A stretch of 64,000 bases of DNA, from contig CM120641.1 in NCBI GenBank assembly GCA_051362555.1, forward strand, positions 35,284,401 to 35,348,400, given 5' to 3'. Of this stretch, positions 1-12,900 are shown piece by piece (positions within the stretch are counted from its first letter, which is position 1; every line of letters starts with the position of its first letter). The DNA comes from Lingula anatina (Eukaryota; Animalia; Brachiopoda). Under the pieces are notes generated by a model. It was not told the DNA's origin. It saw only the letters and a program-made list of their open reading frames with translations, and did no database searches. Both the position numbers and the translations under genes were made by a program.

Positions 1-264
1 GGAACTTAAGACAAAATGGAAAATATTATGATATTTACAATCAAATGTATAAGCATGTTTGTCTGGTGAAATCATTTAAAAATGCTATTCCAGATATCTT
101 ACAAAGTGTATGTTACATGTGAAAGTGTTTTCCATAATTATTCAACAAGGAGAAAAAAGTCTATATATTACAAAAAAACATGTAGCCAGGAATATCCTTC
201 AGAAAAGGATTTATAGATTTAAATAACCAAAAGAGAGAAATGCTCAAAATGCTTGAATGTTTAC

Positions 265-520
265 CATTTGCTTCATCTACCAGCTCACTGACATGGTCAA
301 GAAGATGTGTTCTCATCTGCAACCTGGCTCTATTTTCATTACCAAAACTGGTGAAACTACTATTGCACTTTCCAGGCATTAAGTAACATGTGTAGGTATA
401 GTTCCGCTTCAGCTCATGTGCAGATGTATCTGAGAATAATGCCAAAAGCTGTTTGTCTGTGAGCTGGGCTATCTGGTCCAATGACAGCACATCCAGCGAC
501 TGCATACTGCGGGCTGTTAA
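265..520 (-). CDS. Zinc-finger gene coding exon 3 (C-x6-C...H-x3-H)
   Basis: Acceptor ttatatccag, donor G|gtaaac; within ORF 161..553. Confidence 0.8.
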
Positions 521-2234
521 CTGGATATAAGGTAAATAAATATAGAATAGCATATCTAAATAATTAATATAAAACTTAAAAGTGCTTTAAATTGCTAGGA
601 ATATTCCTCATTTTAACTTGCATTACATTAAACATCAAAAAGGGATACTTCTAAATTTGTTATATCTTGGCATCAATTGAAATGCTTTAATATAGTGACA
701 TTGTACAAAGAAAGCAAAGAATTTCAAAATAAATATGCTGAGACCATCATTGTTTTAAAAAAGATTTCATTAGTAACTACCTTCTTGGTTGGAGTTTTTG
801 CAGCTGATGGATCACTTGCAAGGGTTTCTGATGCTACCTGTGCGAGCACATCTAACATCATGTTTCCCCTGTTTTGTGAGTCTAACTGATCCTCATCTCC
901 GACATCTTCCATGTCAATCTCCTCTTCATCACTGGAGCCTTTGTCATCTTCTGGATCTTGATCTACCTCAACACTGGTGTCAAAGGTGCAAAGATCAGAA
1001 CTTGTATTGTGAGATTCTTCAATGTCCCCCTCAACATCAACTTCCATTTCACCATCCTCCAGATCTGAAGAGTCCTCTTCAGTTTTTACCAATGTGGAAC
1101 TGCTAGATTCTAATTGGAAGACAAAAAGAGGATTAAAACGTTTTTTCAATTTCACTGTTCAATTTCACTGTTTTTTCAATTTCTACATCACTGTTTCTAA
1201 GAGTGAAAGAATAAAAAAATCCTATCATTTCCATTTAAATAACTGGTCAGCTTGAATGAGCAGGAAAAAAGTTACTTAAATTAAGTTTTTTTTAAAGCTG
1301 TGAGCATGTAAATTCTGTAACAGTAATAAAATTAATGTTCTGGCTTTAAATATCAGATCTTTATGAAAAGTAAAAATGCAAGGAATAAAAGAAACTGTTC
1401 AATTAACTTCAGTCTTCTGGAAAAAAGTACAGTATACAGTTCCCCTGAAGTACTGTATACAGGCATATTAAAACCTCTAAAGATTAAAAACAAATCTTTA
1501 TGCACTATAGCACCTCTTTCACAGAATTCATATGCTTTTATAATTAACCATTAAAACCCACTTTAGATTTTTGTGGCTATTCAAAATTGTCCTCTGTAAT
1601 ATCTTAATATTTGCAAAACTAACTTACCAATACAGATATAAACTTTCAAAATCTATTTTTTAAATTTTGGACATGCTTCATGCACTAAATTTAACTTGAA
1701 GCCATCTTTTAGCCAATACGACTGTCGATTCAAACTGATAAAACTCTGTTTATGTTCCTCACATCACTAAATCAATTTGCTGTCTCGAACTTGTTGTTAT
1801 CAGCTCTTGGTAGCCTAAAATTTCATGTTCTCCTTTTCCCCAAATATTATCCCGCGCTAGCAACTATAGCAAAATCGTTATAAAGTATAAGTGTATCTAA
1901 GCCCCGTTTTCACAGTAATAGGTGCCATCGAAATGCAAAATACCACAAAATCCATAGTTCACAGATTACACATTTAGCAAATGCTTTGTGAGGTAAAACG
2001 TCTGCTACAATGTAACAAAATTTGCAACATGGTTGCCGAATGCGCGATTTCAAAGGCCTAGCAGCCGACGAAATTTTAAGATCAAATTCTCTTTGTTTAA
2101 AGATCCCCTTATGATGATTGACAGGTATGTCAAAGACATGCGTCTTAAAGAAGCCTTCTGCTGGACATACCCTCTCTCTGTTTCAGTCTAGGTGACTTTC
2201 TGGGCGAGTTTTGTTGTTGATTTTTCCTCGCCAT
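265..2234 (-). CDS. Partial spliced gene (3' end outside window): uncharacterised acidic protein with atypical C2H2-like zinc finger; join complement(2171..2234, 781..1109, 265..520)
   Basis: ATG in AAAATGGCG context; three exons with GT-AG boundaries and matching phases (1,0,1), giving MARKNQQQNSPRKSPRLKQRE-ESSSSTLVKTEEDSSDLEDG...TPTKK-LTARSMQ...YTYTCYLMPGKCNSSFTSFGNENRARLQMRTHLLDH... Confidence 0.75.
781..1109 (-). CDS. Zinc-finger gene coding exon 2 (Asp/Glu-rich)
   Basis: Acceptor cttccaattag, donor AAG|gtagtt; within ORF 724..1155. Confidence 0.8.
2171..2234 (-). CDS. Zinc-finger gene coding exon 1
   Basis: ATG then basic SPRK/SPRLK peptide; donor G|gtatgt in phase 1 matches exon 2; read-through hits a stop. 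Confidence 0.7.
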
Positions 2235-2640
2235 TTTGTTCCTTTGCTTCTCTTCGTCTGCTTAGCAGACACGAATTTTACCTTAGCACAGCCACGCTCA
2301 TTTGCATAAAATTCAAACTCTGCACACTGCCTCTAAAAGACAAATTAATATTTTGACATATTATTTTTAAAATTGAAACATAATGTTTGGTGATTTTATA
2401 GATCAGAAAGAATACATATCATTTTAAAAATTACATTGATATACACTATATGGAATGTGGTAAATGATCTCCGTCAAGCTTGCAATAAATTTAGGTTTTT
2501 AAGTTAAAGTTTTTAAAAAACTACAAATATTTATTATTTTGCCTTCTTAAATTATAATTATAGTACTAAGGGACATTTTTTTGCAGTTACTGTTAAAGTT
2601 GACAGCGGTCTAAAAAACAATGATCACGTGACTTGGACAA
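2235..2640. promoter_or_regulatory. Putative bidirectional promoter between zinc-finger gene and EHBP1
   Basis: Divergent genes; locally higher CpG (about 1700-3050); octamer ATTTGCAT 2300-2307; E-box TCACGTGAC 2624-2632; AAAATGGC (YY1-like) on each outward strand. Confidence 0.6.
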
Positions 2641-2689
2641 AATGGCCGAAGACGAAAATAGCAAATAGGATACCGTTTTCCTGAATAAG
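2633..2689 (+). other. EHBP1: Putative first, 5'UTR exon of EHBP1 (start approximate)
   Basis: Donor AAG|gtaatt at 2689/2690 just downstream of promoter motifs; coding exon 1 has an upstream acceptor (ttttcttcag at 6832), implying an upstream exon. Confidence 0.5.
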
Positions 2690-5600
2690 GTAATTACATT
2701 GTATATGTACAGCTTTAACAGCTCTTTTTTTTTGTTATGATAGTTATTATTTGGAAAGAACACGTTGGATCATAGTCTGTCTACCACAGTTTCTTTAATA
2801 AGCAGATCGGACCGCCTATTGCTACAAATCATTGAAGGTGACCACAAACCCAGTCCGTAGACTACACCGCTGTACGTCTACACTGATTTTAGTACTTTTT
2901 CTTATTGCTTAGTCAGTGGACTGTCCCTTTGGTCTTTTACCCTGGCATTAACTGAATACAGCGCCAAGTGAAACCCGATTTAAATTTTTTGATAATTAGT
3001 TTAAAGTGAATAGTTCAACGTCAAAACAGCACAGATACCGGTACCAAGTTATTTTCACCCCAAAGCAGTATACATCATGTACATGTATGTATGTATAGCA
3101 TTATTTACTTTTTATTCATACTGTGTCTAATATTTTATCTGTGGGATATGTACATTTCTCATCATCGTATCTAGTGGCTTTCTTTACATAGGAATAAAGT
3201 TGACCTCCACTATTACAGTACATGTTTCTATGAACTTTAAAGTTTATATTGCTCAAGAGGTCTGGAATCAGTGGTGAATTTTGCTCTATGTATAATTTTC
3301 CATGAAGCAGATTGACAGCTTTTGTAAAATATTATGTCAGATATTAGGAAAAGGGAAATATTAGGAAGGTTTGCTCGAGTAAAAAAAAGACTTGAACTAT
3401 AGAAAGAGACAAAATTGATGTAAATAATCAAACTGTAGCAGTTTAGATTTTTTTTTTTAATGTTATGATTTACATGTACAAGTACAAGTGTAAGAGTAAT
3501 GCTCTGGGCATATTTCTGAATACATAGTGGCTACTTTACTGCCCCAGGATTTCACCCTCTGTAAATGAATACATATTAAGATTAACATAATGCTTTTTGC
3601 CCAGCTCACAGATTTAGTATTTTAGTTACATATATATATATATATACATAAATATATTCTGCTTTAAAAATCTTCTATTTTACTGCTTCTTTTTTATTAC
3701 TTCTTAAACCAACTAGTTAAGCTTCTAAATGCTCTTTAAATGCTTATCTACTTTAGATAAGCCATCTGCATGCATAACTGATAATTGCTCAATCATATAT
3801 TAGAAGCATATCATTTGTACAGAAATGATAGGTTTTCTAAGAAACCTATAGCTAGGATATCAACACAATAGAGAAATGAGTTATGCGTCACGCATTTATA
3901 ATTGTGTCTGGCCAATATTGTGTTAATAGTGTGACACACTTACTGTAGACATATTTTATCTTTTAAAAACCAGCAGTTTTTGGATCCTTGTTGAACATGA
4001 ATACATGTAGCTTTGGCTAGCTTAATTTTGATCTAAAAAAAACATTATAATTTAGGGTGTTGTGTTAATAACCATTTATCAGTTGTTGACTGTGGCACCA
4101 AAAGTGATATTTGAATTAATTTTATGTACAAATATACTAGTATGCTCCTTTTTTTGTTAGACTACTCAAACAGCTTTTGTTGATCAATTCTATCATGCAT
4201 TTTGGTGTTGTTCAACAATATGACAAAAAAGTCACATGTGAGACTAAGATTCAGGATGTTAATTTTGTTCCTGTTTTTCTGTTCCACACACATAGCAGTA
4301 TTTCATCCAACCATAGATTGCTTCCTGGTAGTGAATATTTACTAATACTTTATATATAAATATTATGTACATTGTGTAAATTTGAATCATTTTTTTAAAT
4401 TGTAAAATTTTTGGGAATTCTATTTTTTCTAAGCTTAGCTTATTTTTATCTGTTTTTATTATTCCAATTTTGCTTTGACTCCTTTCAGGCAAAAATAAAC
4501 GGTTTTTTTTTTTATTTCTGAATGGAATAGTCTGACATTTATCTTTTGGATTCAGAACAGCAATTTCACCAGGGGTGGTTCTTTTCCTGCTGTCAAGAGT
4601 CATGTGGTGCAGTGTCTTCAATTGCTTGTAAATTTGATTTTAGCACATCCTGTAAATAATTAAATCTCTTTTTTTTCGTAGTCAGCGTTTAAGGAAAATT
4701 CCACTTATAGTTTACACCATGTAGTCTGTAGAAAAAAATAGTTGTTATAAAGGAAAATGTTTATTTAAGGCATATTTAAGTCAAGTTGTGGTGGCTTTAC
4801 TTGCTAGAACTTCTATGATTATTGAAATGACCATGTGATTTTAAACTCTCAACTGAGATGGTGCAAAATATTCAACTTAAGCCAACTTGTCTATAAATAT
4901 GCTTAAATATGTCCTTCAAGTGACCTAGTTTCCTGTAATAAATTAGTCTTAATGTTTGTTTGTTTTCATTTTCCACCTACTTTGGAAATGATTACTGGAT
5001 GATGTACTAATACCACTACAGATTTAATATCATGGAAGTTCTGTCACTATAGCTCTCTGAATGCTAAACATGACCATGCATCTCTGAACCAGGTGAGTAA
5101 ACCCTCACCTCCTCCTTGTAATGACTAATCAGAATATGTCAGGTAACAGAAAGAAGGAAGGTGCTTGCAGAATATTAACAGTATTTAACACTTTGGTTGA
5201 GATTCACATGACAGTGCAGATGTAAGGTATCTGTATTTTCTGTACTTGTGAAATTAATATATTTTATGTGTGGTACGACTTTGCTCATATTGATTTGATG
5301 CCATTGATCGGCTGTGAAGTTATGTGTCAGGTAAGTTCATTTTTTATGAAAAGATTGTCGTCTTCACAAATGAATTTAGGTACTGTTCAGTTTCCCTTTT
5401 TTCCCATATCTTTCTTGGAAAATCAATTTGTAAATCACATGGTCAAAGAGAAACCGTGTCAAATGAAGAAATATATCTTTTGTTTCTTTCGTAATATTTT
5501 CTCTTCATTATGTAAATGCAGTGGAAATTGGCAAATGCATGAACAGCATCATCTTCTGACAGCTGAATACAGGGAGACACATTTTACAATCAATGTATGT

Positions 5601-5735
5601 TTTTTGGAGAAAGATAATCTATTCATTTGTTACCAAATTTATGTGTGAATTGAATAACTTGTAAAGAGTAAGTAATTGGTATGATACACGTAGGAGTAGA
5701 CACAGATTTTTTGTTAAGCCTTGAAATCTGTGTAC

Positions 5736-5837
<102 letters not shown>

Positions 5838-6391
5838 TATTTTACATGAATCAATGTACATGCGTCTCAAAATACTTCATATTGGATTTTTAACCAAAGC
5901 ATCTCATATGATATTTTGAGACAAGATCCATATGTTAGTGCTTGTTTTGTAAAATGATAACAGGATTTGTTATTGATTTTGGCAGTCAGACAATGTCAAC
6001 AATGGTCACCCAATTTTTAAAACAATGAATGTATAGCAGTGGATGATATTTGTGAAGCCATATATATATGCCATGGTATAGGCCTGTCCTAGGGGAGACA
6101 ACAAGATATTTCATTAGCAGTGATATATTATGCAACTAGGCCTTTGCTATTGGATGTTATAGCCTTGGAAGGATGTCATCATGATTAATAGAGTGAATGG
6201 GGAATTAATTTGATTAATAATAGAGTGTAACAGCTAAAGTTGAAGTCTGGTGCTACTGATATAATAGGTGAAAGTTATAGGTTGTATGGGAGCTAACAAA
6301 TTAACATAATCAGTTGAAATGTAGTGGATAGGAATATGCTGTGGTTTGAGAACCAAGATTAAGGTATCTTGCCAGTTGGCTGTGGTTGTAT

Positions 6392-6392
<1 letters not shown>

Positions 6393-6435
<43 letters not shown>
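6393..6435. repeat. (CA)n microsatellite
   Basis: Directly visible. Confidence 0.95.
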
Positions 6436-6438
<3 letters not shown>

Positions 6439-6871
6439 TATCAGATAGTTTATTCTTGTATTACATGGTTTGTGATTAGATGTAATTCAAATGCAAGTTT
6501 AGAGCAATTCTCATGTTGTGTCATATACTAGGAATGTGAAGGAGAATTTATGTACTAGTAATCCTGAGATGTGTCTGCAGTTGTTTGCTGTTCTCTTACT
6601 ATGCAGAGCATCTGAGACTAGAACATCTGAAGACAGGTGTGCAGTTATCATTATGTAGAACAGTGCATTTAGTTTTGTAATGTAATAGTATATAGTATTA
6701 CAATACTATACATATATATATATATATGCACCTTTATTCACTGTTACAGTATTCTTTCTTCCTTAAGCACAAGCTAGGGCGGTTCTGTTCCAGATTAATG
6801 TCTCAGGTCTGGTTTTATTTATTTTTCTTCAGTTGATGCAGTACCCCTGGCCTGCTCCATTACCTTGAACA

Positions 6872-6972
6872 ATGTCAGTTTGGAAGCGACTACAAAGAGT
6901 GGGAAAGAGGGCTTCCAAATTTCAGTTCACAGCCTCATACCAAGAACTCACTGTAGAGGTCACTAAGAAATG
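6872..6972 (+). CDS. EHBP1: EHBP1 coding exon 1 (NT-C2)
   Basis: [34 protein letters not shown]; donor gtaggt. Confidence 0.93.
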
Positions 6973-9900
6973 GTAGGTATACTGGGGTATTTGTATTTTT
7001 CTTGATAGACTGCCTTAGCCCAACTTTCAATGTACCAACTAGCATGTAAGCCTCTGTAACACCATTCAATATATATATATATATCCATGTCTGTCTTTAG
7101 GTGGTCTAACTATAATCTGGTTAAAATGGACATTCAGTCCTGTGCTTACAGACCCCGATTTAAGGACGTGTTATTGATGTTTTTTCAACTGTTTTAAGCT
7201 TAGGAATATTTGGCATAAATCTCTAGGAGAGGTGGCAATGGCCTGTTTTATTTTGGCCTAAATGCATGTTTTGACTTACTGTTTGGCCATCTGTAGCTGT
7301 CAATATTACTGCAGCAGCATAACATGACTGGTTGATATGTCTAGGCATAATGCAAGAAAAATGTTTTCTATGGAATGATTTTGTTTCATACTAGTAACAT
7401 ACCAATGGCTTTAGAAAATGCTTTGAAATACCTCGTAAATAAATTATATGAAATTGAAGGCTTTTGCCTTCATTTTATAGGTAATTATCTTTGTTATGCA
7501 TATATGAAAATGTGTGATAAAGATTATTAATCTCAAAGATGTTTTGAAATCTTAACTTTTATTTGTGAATGATATCTGCAAGGAATAAGTATTGATCCAG
7601 ACTACATGTATCTACCTATGTAAACAACATGCTCTCTTGAAACAACATGCCAGCACATTAAAGAGATTATATACAGTGTTTATATTCCTATAACTTGTAT
7701 GTGCCTGATTCAATTTAAATGGTATACTGCTCCCCCTTAAGCTTTAAAAACTATTATTTTGAAGTAGATTTATTTAAAAAATATCATCAACTATCTCATT
7801 ATGTTAATGGCTCTTTTCAAATCTGAGATCCTGTTTTACAGCACAGCTTCTGACTTTTCTGTGTACTGGATGTGCACAGAGAGAAAAGCATGCTGTCTCT
7901 AGTTCACTTGTCTAAGCCAAGTGGTGCACACTTTATCTATTTAAAATACATTTAGGAGAGTATTTTTTAATTGAGTTATAGTTGGTAAATGCCAGAAAAT
8001 TGCTGTTAGGAGCATGAAAATTTATCATTTTTTTCTGCCCCAAAACTCTGTATATGGTCCCCTTGTAACTATGTTCCTATGATCATATCTTGTTAAGTGT
8101 GTCTCTCTTTCTACTGCACATGTTTGTATTAACTTGTCGTATGTCTAACACCCCATTTCCATAGATTAGATCGACCTACTTTAGATCGACCTAACTCCCT
8201 GGGGGTTCACGCTGAATAGCTGTCAGCCGGGTGGACATGAAAGTTAATTACCCCCTTACAGCTTGTAGTAGGTGGGACGGACATTTAAGTCGGATTATCT
8301 GAAAGTAATCTAGTGAGACTCCCCGCGGGGATAGATCAATCTAAAATCTATGGGAATAGAGTCTAAAGAATAATCTGTAGTGGAGCAATTATATGAGGTA
8401 CCTTCTTAACCAGTCATTTGTAATCATAGGTGGGCTTTGCCTTAATGCAATTCTGGAAAGTTTTAAAAACAAAGTGTCCAAATGATTCAGCTAAGATCTA
8501 CATCCACCACATTTCATAACCTTGTCCATTGATGATTTAATACATTTTCTTTTTAAGGCACAGTTGTTGTGTTTTTGCTAATCATACAATTAGGTGAATA
8601 TTTTGTTGCCTTTTCTACATTTAGTAAAATTATCACCTATATATATTTTTTTGCTTAATTGAATTTTTCATTATTCTTCCCCACCAGGCAACCTAACAAA
8701 TTATTGGTGGTATGGACAAGAAGAAGTCGTAGGAAAGCCACCGAGGTGGGTACAGTTCTTATGATAATATGTGTAGAGATAGTGAAGACAGGAAACTAAC
8801 TTATCTTGGTCTCCAGGCTGTGCTTACTCATTACCAAAATGAAACCACTTGACACTTGGACTATGGTTTGAATTTTTTATCGGTCTAAATGAGTGAATAC
8901 CAACAAGAATATAATTATTTACATGTATCATTTTAAAAATGTGTTAAACACCAGGGAGATCGTGATTATCTTTACAGGTGGTTTTTATTACAAGTCATTA
9001 GATTGGATTCTTTAGTAACATATTGATAACAATATAACAAACAGAAATTTTGTTGCATTGCATTACCTCAGCAATGACATGTTATTGGTGAAACCATGCC
9101 AGAAATTGAAAAAAAAAAACCCTCCAATATATTTTAATTCAAAACAATGGATTCGGTCAGTGAATTTTTATCTGTTATATTTTTTTACTGACTTGATTTT
9201 ATATTGTACCTTTCTGTATAAAAAAATTGAATGTATATTTACATTTTGTCTACATTTTTTGTGGTTAAATCATTTGGAGCATCTGTTGCATTTTTTTTTT
9301 TTTTTTTTGTGTGGTAGAACACCACTCCTATACACAGGTTCTTTTTTTGCCAGGTTACTTCTAAGATAACATTACAAAGAGAAATGTGAATTACTTCCTT
9401 AGAATAACATTACAATGAGAAATGTGAATTACTTCGTTGGGCTCATTATAACACGGTTTTTATTATAATTAAAAGCTAAAATTAGAAATACCAAAATTTT
9501 GGACCATATCCAATATATGCTGATAGCATACTTTACTGTTGTTAAAAAACAACTATTTGTAGCTACAGTCACTGAAAAAATTAGATAGGTTTATCAGTAA
9601 AAACCTTATTTGTACCCACAACATGTATTAAACTTTTTATTCAAAATAATTTCAGTTTCTTAGCAAGAGACATTTTTATTGTATGTCATCATAAAAAAAA
9701 GAATTCTTTTCTATCCATTCCATGTTTTTTACAGGCCCACCAGTGGGAGCCCACCATCAGGAACCCTTACCTAGGCTCTGTGGTGTGGACAGTGCCTGAG
9801 AATGTGGAGATACAAGTCACTCTGTTCAGAGACAATAAGCAAGTGGAGTTTGAGGATAAGGACTGGACATTTGTCATTGAAGATGTAAGTATCTGTATGA

Positions 9901-12900
9901 GTAAATGTTTTTAAAATTTGAATGAACACTTTGTATGTTGTAGGTGAGAATATTTACTTTGTATGTTAAGTGTGTATGCACATTCATATACATTCACCTG
10001 GTACAATAATAAGAATATATTTATGGCAAAGCAGTTATAAAGTTAGCCTTTAAAGGCCCAGTCACAATGTCGGCGATCTGTCGGGGATTAGTTTTGGCCG
10101 GGGGTCGTCGTAGAAAATAAAGAATCCTTGAACAATCCTAGCAATAATCCTAATAAAAGTGGAGCAGTCACATTGTCTGAGATTTTTTCAAGGATTTTGA
10201 CCCGGTTTTGTCGAAAAATCGTGGGATTAGCCTCCGATTGCCTCCGATTGCATCGGAGGCGATTGGAGATGATATCTGCAAGCGTCTTTTCTTGTAATTT
10301 TTTCCCCCCTGGGTATATGTGGGGGAAAAGGGAAAAGGAAAAGTCTCAGATTATTCAGAGGATGCCTCCGATTAATCGGAGGGCATCGTAGGTCATCGGA
10401 GATTGTGTCTGGGATGCCCAAAATGGGTGAAAAATCTTGCAAGCAATCTTAAAATTTTAAGTTCAAAGTTGGGGACCGCGACGGGTGTGGCGATGTCTAA
10501 AAAATCTGCGGCAACCCGCAGGCGTCCGGAGAGCGCCTCCGACGGGTGCAAAATCGTGAGATCTGTCTCAAGATTTTGTTCAAATTTCCCGGGTTTTACC
10601 CATCCCCGACGCATCACAACTGATTTGTGACTGGGCCTTAAGTATCTGTTCATTAGATCCATTAAATTACGAATTATTAAACAATCTACAAATTGTACTG
10701 AGTGTAGCTTTTAGCCAAGAAAGAAGCTCAACTTTTATAGATATTTATTGTAAATTTGTCAAATTTTGTATATTAACAGCAAGACAAAAAAGGGAGACGA
10801 AGAGTCTTAGCATCCAAAAATGTGAACATGAGAGAATTTGCCAGCCAGATTCCCACGCAGACAGAACTAAAACTGAAACTGAAACCAGCCTCCAAGAAAG
10901 TGGTTTCAGCCACCCTTCAGTTAACAGTGTCATGCGTGTTCTTGAGGGAAGGAAAAGCTACGTAAGTGATAAATCTTTCAGTTGTTAACATAGAGAAGTA
11001 GTTACATTAGGGATTATTTTCCCAACTGGTGATAGTGATGAGTCTTTCTGCTTTATGATAATGAATGCATGCCTCTTATATCATAATTCTCAGTCATTGT
11101 CAGATCTGAATAGCATACATGTATGTAATGATTTTACATCATTTAAGTCATTTCAGCTGCATTTGGTTTATTCATCATTTATCAGTTGCAATTTCTAAAT
11201 GAAAGTAATTACTTATCTCATTCCCTTTTATATTGGGAGCTGATTTGTCATTTTCAGCTGCAACTGGTTTATTCAGTGATGATTTGTAGATGGTAATGAA
11301 GATTTCTATTGTTGATCACTTTCCTAATGGGGCTGGAATAGTGATTTGTCATTTGAATAGCCTCATTTAACTGAAAGAAAGTGAAAATACTGTTTAATGT
11401 CAGTTGCTTTCATATTAAAAACTTATATTTTTAATATGATTTAATATCTTCTCCAGTGATGAAGATATGCAGAGCATTGCCAGTTTAATGAGTATAGGAA
11501 GACCAGATATAGGCAACATTGATGACTTTGATGATGAACAGGATGAGGCAAATGCCAGTAAATTCTCTGAACTTGCTGCCAAGTTAGATTCCCTGAATGA
11601 TGAAGAGGATGATTTAAATCCTTTTGGGGATCCCGATCTCCCTGAGCAAGGTAAAAGAACATATTATCACTATCTTGAGAATGCCTGCACAATGCCTGTC
11701 ATTAGAAGATAAAAACATATATATTTAACATATAAAATATTGAAGACAAGACATATCTGATTAAATTTACTTTCTAAAATATTTCAGCAGCTTCCCAGCC
11801 TCCTATTTTTGCCACATGTTCTGGCACACCAAAAAAGAAAATCATCACAATTGCAGAGGGACTGAGTCCATTCGATGAGGAAGACAATGAAAATAACCCA
11901 TTCAACGAACCAAGCAATCCATTTGACGAATCTTTGGACTCTCTAAATCCATTCAATGAAAGTAAATCTGAGACAGCTTCAAAGAATCCCTTCGAGACTT
12001 CCACAGAGGAGGAGGAATATCGCCACATGCACCCGCTCAACAGAAATGCCTCATATGATAAGAAAGGGAATGTAGAGAGGCCTATGTACACTGGCACCCC
12101 GCCCGCCACACCCCCTGAGGAGCGCAAGGTGCTGAAGCCTATAACCCCACCCAGTACCCCACCTGAGGAGAGAAAGGCAAAGGAGCAGAAACTTAGGTAT
12201 TATCTTACAACCTTAATTTAAGGCTCGTTGCCATTAAAGCTGCCTGTTAAACCAACTTTGCAGGGATTCTCACTGAATGCAATCAGTTTAACAGACTAAC
12301 ATGCCTCCTCCTGGAGTTGATTAGAATATAGAGCATGTTGGAAACCAGGATGCTTGTTAATCAGTTAAACTGATTGCTTTCAGTGAGAATCCTCATGGAG
12401 TCAGATCAATCTAGATAGCTTCAGTGGAAATGAGCTCTAATATTATCATGGCTCATGCCATTGTCTCATCTAACACAACTGATGGCAAAATGTACCAATC
12501 ACCTAGTAAATACAGTCTTCGCTAAAACATCGACAGTTGTGTTCCCTTTCACTTACATATATGGCAGATATCTAACAGTTAGTATTCCTGAGGTTCCTGA
12601 TATGAAGCTATAGTGATGACAATTTAACATTTTCTTCAATAACTTCAAACTTGTTGTTAACTCCATATCTCTAGATTACAAAAATCCAAGACATTAGGAC
12701 ATACACCACCCAAAGCAGACCGAGCAGCACTTGAGCCTTTGAATCTCAACCAGGTAGGTTTTGTGGTCTTTGGCAGGATTTGCACTCACAATTTATTGCC
12801 TTTTTTAATTTAACCAATTTTTTTTTTTTTGTTGTTGTTGCTTTCTGGTCATTTGCAGTTACACATTGAATTATTTTTATGCTGATGTTCACTTTTATTT

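Noticed and set aside
10128-10662. Four overlapping ORFs (71-89 aa)
   Set aside because: They lie in the GC-rich MITE and show no transposase or other recognisable motif
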